Made by a program: the position numbers and the translations under genes. From a virus, in UHGV virus genome UHGV-0128973: 64,000 nt of DNA. One strand, given 5' to 3'. Below, piece by piece: positions 1 to 9,900 of this stretch; position 1 is the first letter of the stretch; each line of letters starts with the position of its first letter. Under the pieces are notes generated by a model. The model did not search any database, had not been told where the DNA came from, and was given only the letters and a program-made list of their open reading frames with translations.

Positions 1-355
1 TCTGATTACCTGCTTTATTCACGCCCGGCAGGTCGATATTGGCACTACCATCGAATGACACTCCGCCTATTGTGCGTGCTGTTTGCAGTTTTGTTGCAGT
101 TGCAGCATTGCCGGTAGTGCTCTGATTACCTGCTTTATTCACGCCCGGCAGGTCGATATTGGCACTACCATCGAACGACACTCCGCCGATTGTGCGGGCT
201 GTTTGCAGTTTTGTTGCAGTTGCAGCATTGCCAGTAGTGCTCTGATTACCTGCTTTATTCACACCTGGCAGGTCGATATTGGCACTACCATCGAATGACA
301 CTCCGCCTATTGTGCGTGCTGTTTGCAGTTTTGTTGCAGTTGCAGCATTACCGTT
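1..355. repeat. ~120-bp near-identical tandem repeats (about 3 copies) inside the tail-fibre gene
   Basis: Direct reading: unit tctgattacctgctttattcacgcccggcaggtcgatattggcactaccatcgaa... repeats at 1, 121 and 241. Confidence 0.9.
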
Positions 356-3300
356 CAAACTACCATTGATGCCGCCAGTAACAGTGAGTCCATTACCGAT
401 CGTAACAGCACCATTGGCATTGTTAATGATAAGCGGCCTTAAATTATTATAGGTTCCCAGGCTGTTACCCGAATTGGTCAACATGAAACATGTGTTTGAA
501 CCATCGTTTCGGATAAAGAATCCGTAGTTTCCGTAGGCAATGCGCAGACCATTCGCCGATTTTGAAATGATCTCACCAGTAGCCGTTAAACCGCCGTTGA
601 GATTTCCTCCGGTTATTGGTAATGCGCCGACATCCGTGGCGGTCGGTTTAATGTGCGAACTGTAAATTACATATACAGTTCCATCTGTCAGGCCTGTTGG
701 TTTATCCGCTGTATAAGATGGTGATGTATGAATCGTTACGCTGGCGTTACTGGTATAATCCCACTGAATATTAACACGTGTGGTGTAATTACCTATTTCA
801 ACATAAACATCATAGGTATCACCGGATGTATTCACCCATGCAAAATTAGTAAATCCAACCGATGTCCGTCGCCATAACGCACCAGTAAGACCTTTTGGAT
901 TCCCATTTCCCGCACGAAGAACAAGTTCAGATATACCAGCCTGCATAGGGGAGTTAACATTATATCCAGAACCACCAATCAGGCTTATGTAAACCACGGA
1001 ACTGGACTGTGGCATGGTTACAGTTGCCAGCTTGAACCATCCAGTACCACCACTAAAAGACATTGTTGTTGAGTTGATCGTGCCTATAGACCTTGGAGTT
1101 AGCTCAATGTTTTTAGAACCGTCAAACAACACCCCATTTATAGTTCTAGCGGTTTGTAACTTGGTCGCTGTCGCTGCATTACCGGTTGTGTTCTGATTAC
1201 CCGCAACGTTAACACCAGGTAAATTAATATTCGCAGTACCATCAAAGCTAACTCCGCCGATAGTTCTTGCCGTCTGTAGTTTTGTAGCGGTTGCTGCATT
1301 GCCAGTTGTATTCTGATTGCCAGTGGCATTCACACCAGGAATGGAGTCCCTTGATGTATATACCTGCGCCCACGCTGACCATGCCGCATCAGTGTTATCT
1401 CTTCGGGAGCGAATGAAAACCGGCGCATGTGCACCGCTCGTACCACTCCAGCCAATAAGCAACTCGCCTTCACCAGCAGCACTCGCACCTTTCATGTGCA
1501 ATACGTTGCCATACGTGGTCGGGTAGCTATTGTTGTACGCCTCATACATCTGCAATCCAGTAGAAGCACCTTGTGTTTTATCGGTGAGCGCAGTAACACG
1601 CCCTCTGGACGCAATTGTTGGTATCGAAATGTTCGCAGAACCATCAAACTTAACACCGTTGATTGTGCGTGCTGTTTGCAGTTTTGTTGCAGTTGCGGCA
1701 TTGCCGGTAGTGCTCTGATTACCTGCTGTATTCACGCCCGGCAGGTCGATATTGGCACTACCATCGAATGACACTCCGCCTATTGTGCGTGCTGTTTGCA
1801 GTTTTGTTGCAGTTGCAGCATTGCCGGTAGTGCTCTGATTACCTGCTTTATTCACGCCCGGCAGGTCGATATTGGCACTACCATCGAACGACACTCCGCC
1901 GATTGTGCGTGCTGTTTGCAGTTTTGTGGCGGTGGATGCATTACCTGTCAAAGATCCACTAAGAGCCACGGCACTAAGAGACTTAACACTTACATCCTGA
2001 CCCCATCCGGAAACAACAACCTGACTCCACGCTGCCCAGCTTCCATTAACAACAAAGCGAACGTATATACGTTTTGTGTCGCTGTTAATCAGCGTTTGCA
2101 TGTTCGCATAATCTGATCCCGTAGTCTTACGAATCGACTCTACACGAACCAAAAAGTTACCGCTTACGCCGTCAGGCTTATTGGTAATATTTGCACCACC
2201 TGCGACAGTTTTGCATTGATAGTATTTAACGGATCCAGCTTCTGTATTAGCAATAATCAAGTCGTTTAAATCAATAGTCCGGCCGTCAATGGCTTCCGGC
2301 TCGATGGCTCCTGCTATCCCGGCACTGAATGTGGCAGCGGCTGAAAACGCTGTCTTACCTTTGAAAGTCTGTTGAGAACTCCAGGTATTAGCTGTGCTCA
2401 ACAGGGGGATCTTTTCGCCGCTGGTTCCGATTTCTCTTAAACCAAGGTATTGGATAACAGCCAGTGTGCTTGTTTTAGCCAGGATATCGCGACCGACTGA
2501 CGTTAAATCAGTCTGGGAAACAGTGTCTGTACCGGTAAAGTACGGCAATTTATTTGCGCCTGTCGCAAGACCAGCAAGCGCGGTTAAAGTTGCATCCAGA
2601 GGCTGTTTGCCTGCCAGCGCATTTGTCATTGTTGTCGCAAAGTTCGGGTCATTGCCCAGTGCTGCTGCAAGCTCATTCAGGGTATCAAGAGCTTCAGGTG
2701 ATGAGCCGACCAATGCAGAGATAGCAGCTCTTACATAAGCGGTCGTAGCAATCTGCGTGTTATTCGTACCCTGTGCAGCGGTAGGCGCAGTAGGTATTCC
2801 CGTTAATGCAGGACTTGCTAAAGGAGCTTTAAGAGCCAGAGCATTGTTGATAGTTGTGCTGAAATTCGGGTCGTTATTGATCGCAGCAGCTATTTCTTTA
2901 AGCGTATCCAGAGTGCCAGGTGCACCGTTGATAAGTGCCGTTATAGCTGCCTTAACAAAGGCTGTATTTGCGATCTGCGTGCTGTTTGTACCTTGCGCTG
3001 CCGTCGGCGCGGTTGGCGTTCCTGTCAGACTCGGGCTTTCTATTGGCGCTTTGGTATCAGCCAGCTCTTTTACAGACTTAACGGCTTTAGGGGTAGCCGC
3101 CATTGTTTCGCTGTCGCTGTTAGTTGCGCTACTGAGCTGAACTAATCCCTTTTGTGTTGTGCTTGCATCCTGCGCCGTATACTTGCTTTTAGCCAGATCG
3201 TAGGCTTTTTTAACCGCCAGCGAACTTGCAGCGACATCACTTCTGGTACTGGTTACAGAGTCGGAAATTTCAATGCCTATCGCGAGATCGATGCGGTCGG

Positions 3301-3805
3301 ATACATCTATCATTTCCTTAGTAATAGCAGATACGCCAGCAGGGATATTCACCGTACAAACAAGCAGTTCTCCATCTCCTAACTGATATGAATCGGTATA
3401 GGTTCTGGCAACAAATTCAGCCGCATGAATATGTGACGCGGTATTAACCTGATAAGAATCTTCTCCAAGGAGGTATCTTCCCTTCAGCACAATTGCATAT
3501 TTCTTACCTGCGCTAAGTGCAAGAGAAATATCCTTACGCTGCTGAATAGTTACCTGGTAGAATTCACCAATATTCACTGACGCCGCGCCAGCGGTTTTAT
3601 CACCATCCACTGAGGTGATTAACAGGTTCATCCCACCGCCAGGCTTAGGAAAAAAACCGGCATAAAATCCAGGGTCAACAATTCCCCTGAATTTTCGGTT
3701 TAGCGCGGCTGACAGATATGGTTCGTGGTATTGCACATCAGCCACCAGAGCCAACGACTCGGGTGATGGGTAAGTAACCGATGTGACAACTGTAACGTCA
3801 TTCAT
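1..3805 (-). CDS. Tail fibre protein with tandem phage tail-fibre repeats; start at 3805, 3' end runs off the window
   Basis: Minus-strand ATG at 3803-3805 opens a frame that I read without stops to position 1 (absent from ORF track, presumably because no stop lies in the window). A ~40-aa unit ATATKLQTARTIGGVSFDGSANIDLPGVNxAGNQxTTGNA recurs more than 8 times. Confidence 0.75.
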   Translation of the reverse strand, partial: MNDVTVVTSVTYPSPESLALVADVQYHEPYLSAALNRKFRGIVDPGFYAGFFPKPGGGMNLLITSVDGDKTAGAASVNIGEFYQVTIQQRKDISLALSAGKKYAIVLKGRYLLGEDSYQVNTASHIHAAEFVARTYTDSYQLGDGELLVCTVNIPAGVSAITKEMIDVSDRIDLAIGIEISDSVTSTRSDVAASSLAVKKAYDLAKSKYTAQDASTTQKGLVQLSSATNSDSETMAATPKAVKSVKELADTKAPIESPSLTGTPTAPTAAQGTNSTQIANTAFVKAAITALINGAPGTLDTLKEIAAAINNDPNFSTTINNALALKAPLASPALTGIPTAPTAAQGTNNTQIATTAYVRAAISALVGSSPEALDTLNELAAALGNDPNFATTMTNALAGKQPLDATLTALAGLATGANKLPYFTGTDTVSQTDLTSVGRDILAKTSTLAVIQYLGLREIGTSGEKIPLLSTANTWSSQQTFKGKTAFSAAATFSAGIAGAIEPEAIDGRTIDLNDLIIANTEAGSVKYYQCKTVAGGANITNKPDGVSGNFLVRVESIRKTTGSDYANMQTLINSDTKRIYVRFVVNGSWAAWSQVVVSGWGQDVSVKSLSAVALSGSLTGNASTATKLQTARTIGGVSFDGSANIDLPGVNKAGNQSTTGNAATATKLQTARTIGGVSFDGSANIDLPGVNTAGNQSTTGNAATATKLQTARTINGVKFDGSANISIPTIASRGRVTALTDKTQGASTGLQMYEAYNNSYPTTYGNVLHMKGASAAGEGELLIGWSGTSGAHAPVFIRSRRDNTDAAWSAWAQVYTSRDSIPGVNATGNQNTTGNAATATKLQTARTIGGVSFDGTANINLPGVNVAGNQNTTGNAATATKLQTARTINGVLFDGSKNIELTPRSIGTINSTTMSFSGGTGWFKLATVTMPQSSSVVYISLIGGSGYNVNSPMQAGISELVLRAGNGNPKGLTGALWRRTSVGFTNFAWVNTSGDTYDVYVEIGNYTTRVNIQWDYTSNASVTIHTSPSYTADKPTGLTDGTVYVIYSSHIKPTATDVGALPITGGNLNGGLTATGEIISKSANGLRIAYGNYGFFIRNDGSNTCFMLTNSGNSLGTYNNLRPLIINNANGAVTIGNGLTVTGGINGSLNGNAATATKLQTARTIGGVSFDGSANIDLPGVNKAGNQSTTGNAATATKLQTARTIGGVSFDGSANIDLPGVNKAGNQSTTGNAATATKLQTARTIGGVSFDGSANIDLPGVNKAGNQ
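1640..1930. repeat. Second block of the same ~120-bp tail-fibre repeat (about 2.5 copies); diverged copies also near 1140-1340
   Basis: Same unit as 1-355 seen at 1660-1780 and 1780-1900. Confidence 0.85.
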
Positions 3806-3816
3806 CAAGCATATCC

Positions 3817-4251
3817 TTATGCTGTAGTCGTGTTTATGGCCATAACTGCGGTATATGTTTTGCCCACATACAGCGAGTCTTCCTGGACACAAATAATGGC
3901 GATTGGCTTGTTCTCGTTATCCAGAACAACCAGAGTGTTGAATGGGTAGTTTTTCCCTTTCTGCAACTGGCTTTGATCAAGGTCCATTCGGACAGTAATT
4001 ATCCCGCCTGAGTAGGTTGGGACGAGGTTGATGGTGCAAAATTTACTGGTCAGTTCTGCCAGCTCGAAAGCCTTTGGCAGTTCTCCAATCTCATAAGTGC
4101 CATCTCCTTTCTTAGTAACCAGTGAACTGGTACCGAAAACGGCCTTGCTGATTAAAAATCGAGAGCCTTTGTTAATGGACGATTCAGCGCGCCGCTGATA
4201 GTAATAGTCCAACAACTGACTCTTATAGAGGTTTGTTGAGACGTCAGACAT
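3817..4251 (-). CDS. Hypothetical tail/baseplate-associated protein (144 aa)
   Basis: ORF track; 12 nt upstream of the tail-fibre start on the same strand, inside the structural operon. Confidence 0.5.
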   Translation of the reverse strand: MSDVSTNLYKSQLLDYYYQRRAESSINKGSRFLISKAVFGTSSLVTKKGDGTYEIGELPKAFELAELTSKFCTINLVPTYSGGIITVRMDLDQSQLQKGKNYPFNTLVVLDNENKPIAIICVQEDSLYVGKTYTAVMAINTTTA

Positions 4252-4329
4252 GATTTTCCCTAATCAATGTTGTGAAGCCTCATTGTAAGAGAAGTAACTT
4301 GTCACCCCGCCCTGCGGACGGGGTGATTG

Positions 4330-5169
4330 TCAGGCGTCGCTATCCAGCAACAAATCATCTGCGCGTGTGCGATCAAACGTAGGTGTCGCTTTCACAATAG
4401 TGCCACCAGGCGTTGCGGTGATCGGGGCGCTAATCGACGTAACTCCAGTAAGCGAAGTTGTATCCGAAGTTTCAAACCAGCAGTACGCTTTTTCGGTATC
4501 AGAAATCTCGTTCAAAGTGATCATGTCGGCCTGTTCATTCACAACAACCGACAAATAGAGCGTAAGCCCATCAAACACTATATGCAGTGGCAGTAGAGGC
4601 TTTACGAACTGATTAAACTTTCTGAGAATTTCTTCTGTAATTGCGGACTGATCTATCGTGCCAGTAATACCCATTGTCCGGGCCAGGTCGTTTATGGGAA
4701 TACTGATCATCCCTCTGGAAGTCAGAAACATCTCACCGAATGTGCCGCCGGTAGTTTCCAGTGTGCTTTCTGGTATTAGAACTGTGCCATAGGGATGACG
4801 TTCAAGGTCCACCGGTGCATATATCGGATCCCATAAAACAGAAATACCATTAAATTCGCGGTAAATTGTCTGGTTTATAGGGCGTTCAGTCCCCTTAAAG
4901 TGAATCTCATCAAGCCGCTGTTGTAACAACATCGGAACGGAAGATGAGTTTGAGGTTCTGATAGTAAAGAACTGGCCAAGTTCATTTGTCCTGGTCTCCA
5001 GATCCTCCTTGCTCATGGAAAAAATAGACTTCCGGTTGGTAATTCGCTCCAACCATGGGTCAACAAAGGTGTCCATCATTGACTGAACCAAATCAGCCAA
5101 TGATTTATAGAGCAATGACTTTTGCTTAGCTGATGTAAGCCGATTATTAAACCAGGAACGTTGCATCAC
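4330..5169 (-). CDS. Hypothetical baseplate/tail protein (279 aa)
   Basis: ORF track; its start overlaps the stop of the 477-aa ORF (coupled). Confidence 0.5.
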   Translation of the reverse strand: MMQRSWFNNRLTSAKQKSLLYKSLADLVQSMMDTFVDPWLERITNRKSIFSMSKEDLETRTNELGQFFTIRTSNSSSVPMLLQQRLDEIHFKGTERPINQTIYREFNGISVLWDPIYAPVDLERHPYGTVLIPESTLETTGGTFGEMFLTSRGMISIPINDLARTMGITGTIDQSAITEEILRKFNQFVKPLLPLHIVFDGLTLYLSVVVNEQADMITLNEISDTEKAYCWFETSDTTSLTGVTSISAPITATPGGTIVKATPTFDRTRADDLLLDSDA

Positions 5170-6599
5170 TCCTCCTCATACGAAATATTAAAGGTGGAGT
5201 TTTCTGTATCCAGATAAACGAAATCGTAAAAGCCGTTGGACTCATTCCACTCGACAAATTCCAGATAAAAGTCGCGGAAATAACCCAGCGTTTCGATAAA
5301 TGCCCAAACGTCTTTTTTCTTGATCAGGATGTACTTGCCGACACCGTTCGGATCAAAGAAATTTGAGTCGCGCCCAAATTTTGTTTCCAGTGCCGACTTC
5401 AACTCATCAGTCACGTTCTCAATAGTCAGGCTTGCCGATATCCGCCCGGTGATGGTTATCTTAAATGGTAGTTTTCTGACCTCTTTATAAGAGAATTTCT
5501 TGTTCAGTTCATTCGGTACCTTCTTAAAGGCAGTCAGGATCATTTCTTCAAGCTCTGACTGGCTTTTATTTGGATGCCATCCTGAAATAAATATCTTATT
5601 GATATTCTGAACATTATAAGCACCATCTAATTTCTCTTGCTGGCCTTCGCCCCATGCCTTTACCCAGGACAGCCCAGGGATGTTACGAACCAGAAAATAC
5701 GTATAGTCCCCGCCCCATACGACCTGATCATCATAGGCAAGGTAATATTGTGCACGGTTACGTGTGATCTCCGTTGTTTCAGCATCGGTACCTGCGGTTA
5801 TAGGTGTCGTTGTCTTAACTGAAATCAAATTAGCTAAATTAGCCGCAGAATCGACAGGCGTCAGGTTTTGGCCAGCAACCAGGGTTATATCGCCGTTGGT
5901 GCACCATACCTTAAGCGTAATTGTCGAACCTTCTGGCGGTATTTGCCCAATTAGCCCATCGCCGAATCGAACCCCCAACTGCTCGGATGGTTTATAAAAC
6001 TCAACGTAGACCTGGCTTTTACTACCGGCTAACCGGAACATAGTGCTGGAAGACCACTGCGTGGTCTTACCATCGGTCGTCACGAATACTTCCAGCTTAT
6101 AGCAGACAGCAGTAAGAGCCTTTGATAACACGACTTCCAGAAATTCTTTGGCTGCCGTAACGGTATATGTCACCTCCTGGATTTCCAACTGTGCCACTTC
6201 TACCGTACCGGTGCCGTCAACCAACCTGCATACATCCATAGTCATGTAAGGGTACTGGTCGTCAGATATTAAAGGCATGTTTTTGGGGATTACCGCTGGA
6301 GCATCTTCACTTGTGGCGGTGATCTCAATCATCCCCGATGACGGTGTTGGCTTGGTACCAACGTAACTATTCGTTTCTGCCGCTGCCAGGATAGAGGAAC
6401 GCCGCGTCGCGGTCGATATAAAGCCTTCAGCCAGCGCCGCATCGGCATACTGAAAGCACCTGTAGACAATCTGGGTAATAAACAATGTCAGCATCGAGAC
6501 AAATTGAGAGCCGACAAACTTCGACCAGAATGAATCTTTCTCGACAAGCTCTTCAAACTCTGCACGAATACTGTCTTTAGTCGGTGTTGTTTTACTCAT
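5166..6599 (-). CDS. Putative baseplate component (477 aa)
   Basis: ORF track; start overlaps stop of upstream ORF; sits between tape-measure and fibre genes. Confidence 0.5.
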   Translation of the reverse strand: MSKTTPTKDSIRAEFEELVEKDSFWSKFVGSQFVSMLTLFITQIVYRCFQYADAALAEGFISTATRRSSILAAAETNSYVGTKPTPSSGMIEITATSEDAPAVIPKNMPLISDDQYPYMTMDVCRLVDGTGTVEVAQLEIQEVTYTVTAAKEFLEVVLSKALTAVCYKLEVFVTTDGKTTQWSSSTMFRLAGSKSQVYVEFYKPSEQLGVRFGDGLIGQIPPEGSTITLKVWCTNGDITLVAGQNLTPVDSAANLANLISVKTTTPITAGTDAETTEITRNRAQYYLAYDDQVVWGGDYTYFLVRNIPGLSWVKAWGEGQQEKLDGAYNVQNINKIFISGWHPNKSQSELEEMILTAFKKVPNELNKKFSYKEVRKLPFKITITGRISASLTIENVTDELKSALETKFGRDSNFFDPNGVGKYILIKKKDVWAFIETLGYFRDFYLEFVEWNESNGFYDFVYLDTENSTFNISYEEE

Positions 6600-6955
6600 A
6601 GCACCACGTCCTGTGTGATAGTTATATCCCTGATACGAATGGATATTTTCAACTTATCAAAAGCATCTCCCTCGGCTACTGACAAGCCAGAAATCGGTAT
6701 GTCAGGTAAATCTACCGTCAGTTTTTGCAACAGCATTGCCTCAACCGCAATTTGAACATGCGACAAGTTGGTCGGTTCGTGTTTAAACTGCGGTAAAACA
6801 TTGCCCCATGACGGATCTCCGTATACCTCACCCTGATAAGTGTTTAGCCACTCATATAAACGAGCGCCCCAGGCCTCCTCCTGGGACTCATACGTTTTTA
6901 CGCCGGATAACTCCAGCGTCAGCAAAGGATCAATTTCGTTATTGTTGGCCATCAA
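6596..6955 (-). CDS. Putative small baseplate wedge protein (119 aa)
   Basis: ORF track; overlaps Sit stop; size and position suggest a gp25-like wedge protein (inference only). Confidence 0.4.
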   Translation of the reverse strand: MMANNNEIDPLLTLELSGVKTYESQEEAWGARLYEWLNTYQGEVYGDPSWGNVLPQFKHEPTNLSHVQIAVEAMLLQKLTVDLPDIPISGLSVAEGDAFDKLKISIRIRDITITQDVVL

Positions 6956-9900
6956 TCAACTCTCGCGTAGTCATTCATCAACGGATCATCAATTGACAGT
7001 GGTACCGTGCGCATAACGCCCGGCTGAGGCGTGCTGACCTTTACGACAGTTCCCTGGCCTTTCGCCGAGTCTTTGGTGTGCTCTTCAATCCTGGCAAGCA
7101 ATGAGGTCATCTGCGCAAACAGCCGCTTCGTTTCACCATCAAGTGAAACGGTATTATCAGCCAACTGCATTGTCGGCTTGGCACCGGAACCGCCAAGGTC
7201 ACTAATAACCTGCCCGTCTATCTGCATACGACCGGTTGGTTGCTGCAAATCGTTGGCGGCAGTCGTCACCTTGGACGTGGAGGCTGGTTCAGTCGCATTA
7301 TTTTTCCGCATCCCCGGCGAGTTGCGGAGTTTATCGAATAGTCCATCAATCCCCATTTGTGCGCCGAGTTGGTCAAAGTAACTTGAGTTGCTGGCCACCG
7401 GACGCGCCTCTTCAACTGGCATCGGAGTATCAACATACACATTGCCAGCTGCTGTTGCGGTCCCCTTCCCTCGTGCACGTTCTTCGAGCGTTCCCTGAAC
7501 GACTTCCCGACGCATACCCCGGCCATTCATGAATTTGTTGACCAGATCGTTAACGCCAACAGCATTGCCGATTTTGTCTACCAGACCGCCTTTCTCAAAC
7601 GGGCTATCACCAGGGGTAAACGCCAGGCCAGTAGACTGATCGATAACAGCGTTATCAGGCAGTGGTCCCCTCACTCCATATTGCGCCCCACCCTGTGCTC
7701 CTGCTCCAGGTGTATAGATTTCACCACCTAAATAGCGAGCACGATGAGTATTGACCTTGATCGCGTACTCACGGTTTTCTTTCGATAAGTCACCTGTGCC
7801 TTTTTTCCACTTATTGATAGTGCCAAACCCAGCGTTATATGCAGTGATGGCCTCGTTTAAGTCTCCATTGGCTTGCTTCAGATACTTGCTCATGAGAAGA
7901 GCCGCAGCTTCTGCCGATTTCACAGGATCAAACGATTCACCTTCAGCTAAGCCAGTCTCTTCACGAGCAATCCCCGTGAACTGAAACATTCCCAGAGCAC
8001 CGGTTTGGGATTTTGCATACGGATTACCACCAGATTCAGTTGCAGCAATCGCGTAAAGAGTGCCTTCTGGAAGACCATATTTATTCTCTAGTTCAGCAAA
8101 ATACGGAGCCAACTTATCGAGATTTGCCTTACCTTCAGATCCAAGACTTCCGACTTTTACATCCAAGCGGCCATTGTTGTAGGTATCCGCAGCTTTCTGA
8201 ATGTCATTCCTGGTGCCAGTGGAATTAAGCGACGATGATGACGAGCTATTTTGACCAATAGCTTTATCAATTTTCTGCAACGCGCTATTGCCCGTTTCTA
8301 CGGCATTTGCATTGATAATCTGATTCGCAGTTTCTTTAACTGTTTTATTGCTATCTTTCGCCGTGTCCAGTGCCGCATTTATCACGCGGGTAACAATATT
8401 AGTCTGTTTGGCATCGGATTCAGTTTTAGAATCAGATGTCTCCTGGTGGCTATTAACCGGAGCTTTTAACTCTGGAGTGATTTCTTTCGCATTAGCCTCG
8501 CTCTTAACCGGAGCTTTTAACTCTGGAGCGATTTCTTTCGCATTAGCCTCGCTATTAACCGGAGCTTTTAACTCTGGAGTGATTTCTTTCGCATCAGCCT
8601 CGCTATTAACCGGAGCTTTTAACTCTGGAGTGATTTCTTTCGCATTAGCCTCGCCGATCGGATTGGGTATTTTTGATACAATCATTGCCGCAGGGGTATT
8701 TTTAACGGCATCAACCGCTGCATCTAATGCTTTACCAGGTAAATTTTTAACCCCATCCCAAATATTACCAGCCGCCTCTTTAATGTGTTTCCCTGGGTTC
8801 TTAATGAAATCAATTGCACTATCAATTGCATCACTGAAAACCTGTTTCAGGTTATCAACAGTAAAGAAGTCTTTGATGGCATCCAGCTTTTCAAGCAGCT
8901 TATTAGATGTATCGCTAAACCATGCTGAAACAGCATCACCAATCTTTGCTGTGTAATCTTCGAACTTGGTAGAAATGGTGTCGCCAAGGTTAGAAATATA
9001 TGTTTCTAAGTTGGTAATCCCACTATCAATGGCCTGGGCAATACTTTCCGTCGAAAATGATTGCAACATATTGCCGATATCCTCAAATCCAAGTGATTTG
9101 AGAACCTCACCAATGGCGCTGCTAATACCAGATACCAGTCCCCCCATATCAAGAACATTGGCTAACGTATAAGCGGCTTTTTGCTGGAATGATGGATCTT
9201 GTCCTGATTTAAGCCCAAACGCTCGACGTTGCGCTTCTGTATCATTCCAACCGGTTACCGCATCATAAATACCTCCAGCCACTGTGCCGACTAAGGGAAT
9301 TGCGCGTAACGCCCCTTTACCAACTGCCTTTAATCCAAGTTTACCTGCTGCCCGGGCAGCCAAATCTCCACCTTCATGGGCGATAGTCTTCTTGCCACCA
9401 CCGCGTAGCATTCCTACAAGTTTCTTTGCCCCCAGAGCGCCAAAAGCGAGTGCTCCAGCTTTTTTCAGCATGCCACGCCCCATTAACAACGACGCGACGC
9501 CACCGGCCCCCTTCCCTAACAGGCTAAATAGTTTGGACAGCAAGCCGCCCTTCTTTTTCCCGGTGTTTTTGGCTATCTGATCAAGGGCGCTGAGAATCTT
9601 GTCATTGCCCTCTTTAATTTCGCTGGTCTGCTCCTGAAGTTCCTGAACTGTCCGTTTTTGGGTGTTAACCTGAACGACATCGGCACTATTTTGCGATTTA
9701 CGCCTAAAAAAACCTTTTCTACGGCTGTTATCGTCATTGCCACGAATCACATCGGCAATAGACTTTCTGGCACCATTAAGCGATCCACCAACTTCTTTTG
9801 ATATCCCGCCAAGCTCCTTCCCTGCTGCCCACAATGGACCAGCAACGGCATAACCTAACGCATCAACGGCACGAGTCTCTGAAGGGTTACCTATGCCTTC

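Noticed and set aside
83-3382. Plus-strand track ORFs 83..298, 1014..1196, 1317..1526, 1427..1771, 1796..2116, 2394..2738, 2757..3140, 3152..3382
   Set aside because: They lie antisense to the continuous minus-strand tail-fibre frame and mirror its repeats; mirror-frame artefacts.
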